NCBI GenBank assembly: GCA_943354605.1
Contig: CALRCK010000001.1
Coordinates: 148,936-212,935, forward strand
DNA: 64,000 nt
Direction: 5' to 3'
Origin: Candidatus Uhrbacteria bacterium
Lineage (GTDB): Bacteria > Patescibacteriota > Patescibacteriia > UBA9934
The notes under the pieces were generated by a model. It ran no database searches and was not told where the DNA came from. It worked only from the letters and a program-made list of their open reading frames with translations. This document shows positions 57,055 through 64,000 of this stretch, in pieces; position 1 is the stretch's first letter; each line of letters begins with the position of its first letter. The position numbers were made by a program, and so were the translations under genes.

Positions 57055-58677
57055 ATGTCAAAGACGATTGTTTTTAGCGACGACGCACGAAAGAAAATGA
57101 AGGACGGTGCAGATCAGTTGGCAAACGCGGTGAAGGTGACGATGGGCCCACGCGGCCGAACGGTGATTATCGATCGTGGGTTTGGTTCGCCGATGGTGAC
57201 AAAGGACGGCGTGTCTGTGGCAAAGGAAGTTGAGCTTGCCGACAAGCTTGAAAATCTTGGCGCCACACTCGTGAAAGAAGCTGCGAGCAAGACGAATGAC
57301 GTTGCTGGCGATGGGACGACTACCGCTGTTGTTCTTGCGCAATCAATCATTTCCGAAGGCCTGCGCGTGGTTTCTGCTGGCGTAAACTCGCAAGCGCTTC
57401 GTCGTGGCATCGAAAAAGGCGTTGAGGCGATTGTGAAAAAAATTGCAGAGATCTCGACTCCGGTTCATGGCAACGCCATCGAGCAAGTCGCATCTATTTC
57501 CGCGAACGATCCTGAAATCGGTAAGATGATTGCGGAGGCCATGAAGAAAGTGAGTGAGAACGGCGTGATTACGGTTGAAGAAGGCCAGTCCTTCGGGATC
57601 GAAGTCGATGTCGTCGAAGGCATGCAGTTTGATAAAGGCTACGTGTCGCCATATATGGTGACGAGCTCCGAGCGCATGGAAGCCGTGTACAACGATGTTC
57701 CTGTGCTCGTGACCAGTGAAAAAATCAGTAGCATGCAAACGTTGATGCCGATCTTGGAAAAACTTCTTGGCACTGGTCGAAAAGACCTCGTGATTATTGC
57801 GGAAGATGTCGATGGGGAAGCGATGACGGCACTTGTGCTGAACAAACTTCGCGGTGCGTTGAACGTGTTGGCAATTAAAGCCCCAGCGTACGGCGATCGC
57901 CGAAAGGCCATGCTTGAGGACATTGCCATCGTGACTGGTGCGAAGTTCATTGCTCCAGAAACGGGAATGAAGTTCGAGACACTCGAGCTTTCGGATCTTG
58001 GCCACGCACGTCGCGTTATTTCTACAAAGGACACAACAACGATCGTTGAAGGTGCTGGCGACAAGGTGGCGATTGCTGAACGCGTGATGAATATCAAAGC
58101 ACAGCTCGAAAATTCCGACTCCGACTTTGACAAAGAAAAGTTCCGCGAGCGCATGGCGAAGATTTCCGGCGGCGTAGCTGTGATCAAGGTTGGTGCAGCA
58201 AGCGAAGTGGAGATGAAAGAGAAGAAGCACCGCATTGAAGACGCTGTGGCTGCAACAAAAGCAGCCATCGAAGAGGGAATTGTCGCTGGTGGTGGCGTGG
58301 CGTTGATTCGTGCAAAAGCGGTACTTGCCGATCTCGTTGTGAGCGCAGAAGAAAAGATTGGTGTCGATATTTTGAGTCGTGCCGTTGAATCTCCACTTCG
58401 TCAGATCGCGGAGAACGCTGGACATGAAGGCGGCGTCATCGTGGAACGCGTGAAGGCGATGACGGGAAATAACGGTTGGGACGCGGCTGAGGACAAAGAC
58501 GTGGACATGGTTGCGGTCGGCATCATCGACCCAGCGAAAGTCACCCGATCTGCGCTGCAGAACGCAGCATCGGTGGCGGTCATGATTCTCACCACCGAAG
58601 CAGCGATCACTGAAGTTCCGAAGGCTGAAAAAGAAAGTGCTGGTGGCGCTGGCGGAGGCATGGGCGACATGTATTAA
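57055..58677 (+). CDS. groEL: Chaperonin GroEL
   Basis: VKVT.GP.GR, AGDGTTT, EGMQFD.GY, GGM tail. Confidence 0.98.
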   Translation: MSKTIVFSDDARKKMKDGADQLANAVKVTMGPRGRTVIIDRGFGSPMVTKDGVSVAKEVELADKLENLGATLVKEAASKTNDVAGDGTTTAVVLAQSIISEGLRVVSAGVNSQALRRGIEKGVEAIVKKIAEISTPVHGNAIEQVASISANDPEIGKMIAEAMKKVSENGVITVEEGQSFGIEVDVVEGMQFDKGYVSPYMVTSSERMEAVYNDVPVLVTSEKISSMQTLMPILEKLLGTGRKDLVIIAEDVDGEAMTALVLNKLRGALNVLAIKAPAYGDRRKAMLEDIAIVTGAKFIAPETGMKFETLELSDLGHARRVISTKDTTTIVEGAGDKVAIAERVMNIKAQLENSDSDFDKEKFRERMAKISGGVAVIKVGAASEVEMKEKKHRIEDAVAATKAAIEEGIVAGGGVALIRAKAVLADLVVSAEEKIGVDILSRAVESPLRQIAENAGHEGGVIVERVKAMTGNNGWDAAEDKDVDMVAVGIIDPAKVTRSALQNAASVAVMILTTEAAITEVPKAEKESAGGAGGGMGDMY

Positions 58678-58680
58678 ATT

Positions 58681-58706
58681 GTAGAGACGGCCCGGTGGGC
58701 CGTCTC
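58681..58706. repeat. GTAG-type REP palindrome
   Basis: GTA-GAGACGGCCC-ggt-GGGCCGTCTC. Confidence 0.6.
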
Positions 58707-58714
58707 AAACAACC

Positions 58715-58750
58715 CACAAAACGGATCCGTTTATTCGGATCCGTTTTGTG
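58715..58750 (+). terminator. groEL terminator
   Basis: CACAAAACGGATCCG-tttatt-CGGATCCGTTTTGTG. Confidence 0.8.
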
Positions 58751-58763
58751 CTATCCTCGATGT

Positions 58764-59206
58764 GTACGGTGTGCGAGGGGGAATGATCGTCGATAGGTTA
58801 GGGTTCGGAGGAACGCGGGGAATTCGGAAACGGGGAAACAGAGACGGTCGAGAGGTTTTACGAGGAGTAATCCTCGACGCAGCTGCTGCTGCGATTCAAT
58901 CTGGGTAACCGCGAAGGGGAACCTCTGCGGAAATGGTGGTAGCCAACGCACATCAGCCGTGATTCCTACGGGCACGGTCCCTTGATTGGATGAAAAACCA
59001 GACCAACAGCTAAGGCGACCTGATGGTCATAAATCGAGCGAGCTGATGAAGTTCGTTTTCCGAAAGGACGGCTGGGGAGCCGGATGCCGAAGCTTTGGGC
59101 GCGGGGCTGACGGGCCAAAAGCCCGAACAGACAACAGCGCGGTACTCTCCACACCACCCTTACGAGAAGCACTTTCGGCCATACGCGGCTGGAGGTGCTT
59201 CTTCAT
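58764..59206 (+). ncRNA. Candidate large structured ncRNA (about 390 nt plus terminator)
   Basis: TGcTATCCT promoter, closing stem 58768-58779/59145-59155, GNRA/UNCG-capped hairpins, G-U-containing terminator-like hairpin; no credible ORF. Confidence 0.65.
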
Positions 59207-59279
59207 TAAAAACCGACGAGCCCGACCTCTTGCGAAGCCGGGCTCTCGTGGGGTTCTGACCGGCGCGGTTGCGCTTGGG

Positions 59280-59807
59280 TCAGTTCTCGTTGCTGGCGAC
59301 CGTCGGCACCGGCACGTTGACGATCTGCCCGATCGCCAACTTGTTCACGTCGATGTCCGGGTTCGCCTTCTCCATGTCCAGCCGGTTGATCCCGTACAGC
59401 TTGCCGATGCTGGCCAGGTGCTCGCCGGCTTTCACCTTGTGCTGCCGCATGCCGCCGGTGTTGGCCGGGGTCTGCGTGGCGGTCGCGGGCTGCGGCGGCT
59501 GCGGGTTCGGGGTGGTGGTGCCGTGGCCGTTGTAGGCGATGAGGCACACGACCACGAACGCCACGGACATGGCCGAGAAGGCGAGGTTGATCGGCGCCTT
59601 GCGGTTCCAGGCCACGAAGCCGAAGAGGATCGATCCCCCCTTCCGCTTGGCCCAGCCGTAAAGCGCGCTGACGCCGCTGCCGAAGGCCTGCGTCGACTCG
59701 ACGAAGCTGCGGGCGTCGCGGTGGACGCCCATGTTCTCGAGATCGCTGTCCGACAGGCGGTCGGGGTTGGAGGGGGTGGGGGACGGGGGGAGGACGGGTT
59801 CGTCCAT
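59280..59807 (-). CDS. GC-rich membrane-anchored LysM domain protein
   Basis: TM helix, Pro/Thr linker, H.VK.GE.L..I...YG......ANP.....L.IGQ...VP; GGAG SD. Confidence 0.88.
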   Translation of the reverse strand: MDEPVLPPSPTPSNPDRLSDSDLENMGVHRDARSFVESTQAFGSGVSALYGWAKRKGGSILFGFVAWNRKAPINLAFSAMSVAFVVVCLIAYNGHGTTTPNPQPPQPATATQTPANTGGMRQHKVKAGEHLASIGKLYGINRLDMEKANPDIDVNKLAIGQIVNVPVPTVASNEN

Positions 59808-59933
59808 GAGGGACTCCAAGGGCCGAGAAAGTGAGTGGCCACTGCAATTCTACCTCATTTTCAGCCAAAAGTCCACTTTATAGCTATTCTCGGCTCGGTT
59901 TGGTATCGTGTGGGTATTCTTGACCCCTATTTT

Positions 59934-60314
59934 ATGGACGATATGAACGATGGGAGCACTCAGGGTTCGGCAAAACAGGCGGAGGTAGTTCCGCCAGGAA
60001 GGGGCGCATCGAACGATCGGTTGATGGCGGCACTCGGGTACGTTGGTGCGCTGTGTCTTATTCCGCTGATCTTCGCTCGCCAGTCTCCGTTCGCTCAGGA
60101 ACATGCCAAACAAGGACTCGTGCTTTCGTTGATTGCCATTGTGGTAAAGGTTTTTGCGCCTGGCTTATGGCATATCCCGTTCGGTGGCTTGCTGGTGATG
60201 GTGGCGGGTTTTGCGATCTTTATCACGGCGATCATGGGGTTGGTTAAGGCATTACAGGGCGAGAAGTTTGAAATCCCGTATATCAGTGATTGGGCACGAA
60301 AGATTCACTTCTAG
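59934..60314 (+). CDS. DUF4870 family membrane protein
   Basis: MAAL.Y...L..IP, F...HAKQGL, G..KA..G.....P.I. Confidence 0.8.
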   Translation: MDDMNDGSTQGSAKQAEVVPPGRGASNDRLMAALGYVGALCLIPLIFARQSPFAQEHAKQGLVLSLIAIVVKVFAPGLWHIPFGGLLVMVAGFAIFITAIMGLVKALQGEKFEIPYISDWARKIHF

Positions 60315-60323
60315 GATCGGTGC

Positions 60324-61436
60324 ATGTCGCTGTTAGACGACAAACTCAAAAATCTTGCTGAGCGCCATGGCCTTGCGGTTGTGGCGCTTGGGCTTGAGGC
60401 ATCTCGCGCTCGAGCCATCGAGCTTGAGGCCGACATGAGTGATCCTGGATTTTGGAGCGACCAGGAAAAGGCGCGAAAAGTTGCGCAAGAAGCATCGGAT
60501 CTCAAGAAGGAAGTAGAGGCGTGGGACGACATCGGCAAGCAGATCTCGGAGGTTCGCGATGTTGTTGCGATGGCGGAATCGGAAGGATCGGCAGAGGATA
60601 AACACGAAGCTGAGCGGCTTGTTGCGGATCTCGAGGAACGCTTTACCGCCATGGAGTTCCAGATGCTGTTTTCCGGCGAGTACGACAGGCGCAATGCGAT
60701 CCTTTCCATTCATGCTGGTGCTGGTGGTACCGATGCAAACGACTGGGTAGCGATGCTTTTGCGCATGTTCATGCGTTTTGCTGAGCGAAAAGGATTTACT
60801 GTGGATATTCTCGACGAATCGCGTGGGGAAGAAGCGGGGTATAAGAGTGTCACGATTGCGGTGCGCGGTCGGTATGGATACGGATTTCTCCGATCGGAGG
60901 CTGGCGTACATCGTCTTGTTCGCATCTCGCCGTTCGACGGAGAAAAGATGCGACACACCACATTCGCGCTCGTGGAAGTGCTCCCGGAGTTTGATGCGAT
61001 GGATGCCGCGACTGTTGAGCTTGATATGGACGACGTGCGTATCGACACGTTCCTGTCGTCCGGCAAAGGCGGACAGTCGGTGAACACCACGTACAGCGCC
61101 GTTCGCGTGACGCATTTGCCGACCGGAATCTCGGTGAGCTGTCAGAACGAGCGTTCGCAGTTGCAAAACAAAGAAACCGCGTTAAACGTCCTCAAAGCAA
61201 AGCTCTTCCAGCTCATGGTAACAGCGCGCGCAGAGAAGCTTTCGGATATTAAGGGTGAACACAAAACAGCGGCGTGGGGCAACCAAATTCGCAGTTACGT
61301 GCTGCATCCGTATAAAATGGTGAAAGATCATCGTACCGACGTCGAAACATCAGATACGGACGCCGTGCTCGATGGAGAACTCCTTCCGTACATTGAGGCA
61401 TACTTACGCAACGACGCGGCGAAAAGAAATGAGTAA
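60324..61436 (+). CDS. prfB: Peptide chain release factor 2
   Basis: GAGGT.A.DW, E.GVHRLVRISPF, GGQ.VN, WG.QIRSYV..PY. Confidence 0.96.
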   Translation: MSLLDDKLKNLAERHGLAVVALGLEASRARAIELEADMSDPGFWSDQEKARKVAQEASDLKKEVEAWDDIGKQISEVRDVVAMAESEGSAEDKHEAERLVADLEERFTAMEFQMLFSGEYDRRNAILSIHAGAGGTDANDWVAMLLRMFMRFAERKGFTVDILDESRGEEAGYKSVTIAVRGRYGYGFLRSEAGVHRLVRISPFDGEKMRHTTFALVEVLPEFDAMDAATVELDMDDVRIDTFLSSGKGGQSVNTTYSAVRVTHLPTGISVSCQNERSQLQNKETALNVLKAKLFQLMVTARAEKLSDIKGEHKTAAWGNQIRSYVLHPYKMVKDHRTDVETSDTDAVLDGELLPYIEAYLRNDAAKRNE

Positions 61437-61442
61437 AACCAT

Positions 61443-62366
61443 ATGCAAATATCATCACTCGTGACTGGTGGGTCGGGATTTATTGGTTCCCATCTTGTGG
61501 ATGCGCTTGTTCATCGTGGCGATCGTGTTGTTGTTGTTGACTGGGTGGAGCCAACCGCGGATCGGCGTAATTCCAAAGCGGAATATATCCTTTGCGATAT
61601 TCGCGATCGGAAACTTGAGCACATTGTTGCCAACGCCGCACCAAACATTGTCTTCCATCTTGCTGCGCATATTGATGATCGTGCGTCTGTTCTTGATCCC
61701 ATCATGAACGCCGAGCACAACGAGCTTGGTTCCATTAATGTTTTTGCATCAGCCTTTGCGGCAAAGGTGCAGAGCATCGTTTTTGCCTCAAGTTGTGCGG
61801 TGTACGGCATGCCTGAATCTGTTCCCGTTTCTGAGTTCGCACGTTGTCGGCCACGAACCCCATACGGCATTTCAAAATTCGCCGCAGAAACTTATCTGGA
61901 TTCGTACGCCCTTTGCGACGACATACATACCGTCTCGTTGCGATTCGCTAATGTGTACGGACCCAGACAATATGGCAACACAGAGGCGGGCGCGATTGCG
62001 ATTTTTACGGAGAAGCTGTTGCGCGGAGAATCGCCATTTTTGAATGGCGACGGATCAACAACGCGAGATTATGTTTTTGTGCACGATGTTGTTGCAGCGT
62101 TGATTGCAGCATCGGCCAGCGCGGTATCTGGCGTGTACAACGTGGGAACCGGGCGAGAAATACCAACAAAAGCGTTGTATGAAATGATCGCTGGCGAAAT
62201 TGCTACCGATATTCGGCCAACACCACGGCCCGAGGTGAAGGATGCGGTGATGCGGATGAGTCTTGATATCACAGCGATTCGTGAAGCGATGTTTTGGCGC
62301 CCTACTGTGGAACTTGAAGAGGGAATCCGAGAAACAATCGCGTGGTACCGAAAATTTTTAGCGTGA
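61443..62366 (+). CDS. NAD-dependent epimerase/dehydratase (GalE-like)
   Basis: VTGG.GFIGSH, PYG.SK, LR.ANVYGP, RDYV.V.DV. Confidence 0.92.
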   Translation: MQISSLVTGGSGFIGSHLVDALVHRGDRVVVVDWVEPTADRRNSKAEYILCDIRDRKLEHIVANAAPNIVFHLAAHIDDRASVLDPIMNAEHNELGSINVFASAFAAKVQSIVFASSCAVYGMPESVPVSEFARCRPRTPYGISKFAAETYLDSYALCDDIHTVSLRFANVYGPRQYGNTEAGAIAIFTEKLLRGESPFLNGDGSTTRDYVFVHDVVAALIAASASAVSGVYNVGTGREIPTKALYEMIAGEIATDIRPTPRPEVKDAVMRMSLDITAIREAMFWRPTVELEEGIRETIAWYRKFLA

Positions 62367-62396
62367 AATCGCAAAAGAAAGCCTGATCCAAATGTC

Positions 62397-63212
62397 ATGA
62401 AAAAATCCTACGGCCAGCATTTTCTTCACGACAAAAACATCATTGCGAAGATCGTTGCAACGGTGTCGATGGAACCCGGCGAGCTTCTCGTTGAGGTTGG
62501 GCCAGGTGCTGGCGCGTTGACGCTCCCCCTCCTTACGAAGGCGCTCGACGAGCCTGGAGCGGGGCGAGGAGAGTGGGTCGGGGGGAGGTGCATCTTGATC
62601 GAAGCCGACCGCGATCTCGTTCCATCCCTTCACGATCGATTCCCTCAGGCCGAGATCGTGCAGGCTGATGCCGCAATGGTGGACTACGATGCGATTACTC
62701 AAGGTCGGCCGTGGGTGTTTGTGAGCAACCTTCCATACAACGCTGGAAATGCCATTCTCGAGAAGATTTTCACGTCGAAGAATCCACCACGCCAACTCGT
62801 GGTGATGGTTCAGAAAGAGGTGGGGGAGCGCATGATGGCAAAAGCGGGGGAAATGAGCGTCCTTTCGGTTGCAACGCAGCTGTATTGCGACGTCGAAAGA
62901 CTTTTCATTGTAAAGCCCGGAGCCTTCGTCCCTCCACCAAAGGTCGATTCAGTGGTGTTGCGCATGACGACGAAAACCTCCCCCCATTCATGGGGGGATC
63001 GAGGGGGGCTTGAGGCTATCATCGCCCTTGCAAAACTCGGCTTTGCTCACCGTCGAAAACAGCTTCGCCAGACTCTCGCTCAAGCTGGCGTTTCCGATCT
63101 CGCTGTTATCGACGCAGCAATCGAAACCATCGGCCACCCAAAAACCGTCCGTCCGCAGGAGCTGAAGACTGAGGATTGGGTGAAGTTTTTTTCTGCGCTG
63201 AATCTCTCATAG
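62397..63212 (+). CDS. rsmA: 16S rRNA m6,2A dimethyltransferase
   Basis: KKS.GQHFL, EVGPG.G.LT, NLPY, MVQKEV, F.PPPKVDS, F..RRK.L. Confidence 0.95.
   Translation: MKKSYGQHFLHDKNIIAKIVATVSMEPGELLVEVGPGAGALTLPLLTKALDEPGAGRGEWVGGRCILIEADRDLVPSLHDRFPQAEIVQADAAMVDYDAITQGRPWVFVSNLPYNAGNAILEKIFTSKNPPRQLVVMVQKEVGERMMAKAGEMSVLSVATQLYCDVERLFIVKPGAFVPPPKVDSVVLRMTTKTSPHSWGDRGGLEAIIALAKLGFAHRRKQLRQTLAQAGVSDLAVIDAAIETIGHPKTVRPQELKTEDWVKFFSALNLS
62977..63009 (+). repeat. In-frame palindromic insertion in rsmA
   Basis: CCTCCCCCCATTCATGGGGGGATCGAGGGGGGC. Confidence 0.85.
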
Positions 63213-63485
63213 GCGAGACTTCGCTCACTCACCAACGGGTCCTGTCACGTCAGTCGCGACTGACGTGACCTGTCGCCTCGGACCCCGTTACAGTGCTCAC
63301 CGCGCACTCGACGTCTTCGGTAATCATCATCGGTATTCTGTGCTCGTTGCGCTCCGTGCGGGGGCCTCCCTCGGCGCCACCCGTTGAATCGTTCGTTTCG
63401 TCGCTGAACACCTTCATGTTCCTGTGCATACACCATCCGTGTTCACCCTGTATCGATGATATACTTGCCCTACGATATTGCGCGT

Positions 63486-64000
63486 ATGGCGGAGGGAGAA
63501 AGAATTATCATCACGCGAAAAAAAGCCATCCTGAACCGTGAACAAAAAACGGGATTGGGTATGGTGGTTGGCTTTGGATCGCTCGCACTCATTTTTGGAG
63601 TGTTTTTCTTGTGGAAGCATATCGCTTCTCCATTTGTCATTTCCTACGTTGGTCCGAAGTTTTTAACTGGTGATGAAAAACAGCAGCAGGAAATGGAAAC
63701 GCTGAAAAAGCAGGACACTGACGCTGATGGCTTGGACGACTATAGTGAACTGTATATCTACAAAACGAGCCCGTATTTGAAGGACTCCGACAGTGACGGC
63801 ACGGAGGACAAGGCGGAGATTGCTCACGGTGATGATCCGAACTGCGCGCCAAATATGCCATGTGCAGCTGCCGCGGCAGACGCCGTGAATCCTGCAACGC
63901 TCCAGGGAACGTTCGCGGAGAAGGTTGCTGCAGAAGCTGGTGCTACTCCAGCTCCAGAAGCACCGGCAACGTCGGTGGACATTGAGGCGACGTTGGCGTC
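63486..64000 (+). CDS. Membrane-anchored protein with thrombospondin type-3-like Ca-binding repeats (truncated by window end)
   Basis: Hand translated: TM helix then DTDADGLDD..E...Y.TSPY..DSDSDG..D..E. Confidence 0.8.
   Translation, partial: MAEGERIIITRKKAILNREQKTGLGMVVGFGSLALIFGVFFLWKHIASPFVISYVGPKFLTGDEKQQQEMETLKKQDTDADGLDDYSELYIYKTSPYLKDSDSDGTEDKAEIAHGDDPNCAPNMPCAAAAADAVNPATLQGTFAEKVAAEAGATPAPEAPATSVDIEATLA

Noticed and set aside
57343-58425. Long antisense ORFs here and at 10009-11202, 35008-36213, 38146-39135 and 60333-61166
   Set aside because: Shadow frames of well-supported genes with no recognisable motifs.
58771-59130. Group II intron (GTGCG start, GAGCCGGATGC domain V-like), group I intron or hammerhead (CTGATGA...GAAA)
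   Set aside because: No complementary 3' half of domain V, no ordered P/Q/R/S core, no hammerhead stem II and no interrupted gene; kept as an unclassified RNA.
1-64000. CRISPR array, rRNA or prophage
   Set aside because: No regularly spaced direct repeats, cas genes, rRNA or virion genes seen.

Overview
Chromosomal window from a small-genome bacterium, most likely CPR/Patescibacteria. This is inferred from the DUF4012 protein, Cys-rich pilin-like protein, tRNA-Ile(UAU), mostly leaderless genes and scarcity of biosynthetic genes; genetic code 11. The backbone holds ileS (3' part), ruvA, tdk, a glycosyltransferase cluster, rnpB, trpS, secG, rplS, valS, tyrS, argS, nusA, yidC, groES/groEL with a CIRCE operator, prfB, rsmA and six tRNAs. 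Four things stand out. (1) An AT-rich 4.9-kb large-serine-recombinase element sits at the 3' end of tRNA-Leu(GAG). Its att core lies inside the recombinase gene, and it carries an internal inverted copy of its own circle junction. This creates two pairs of long inverted repeats (148 and 315 bp) that could swap the recombinase C-terminus and flip the cargo (HD hydrolase, zeta-toxin-like kinase). (2) A ~390-nt unannotated structured RNA candidate with its own promoter and terminator lies downstream of groEL. (3) One palindromic repeat family is inserted in frame in valS, rsmA and an O-antigen ligase gene. (4) Several intergenic palindromic repeat families and a class of GC-rich orphan genes are present. 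All calls come from reading the sequence and ORF track; no database searches were run.
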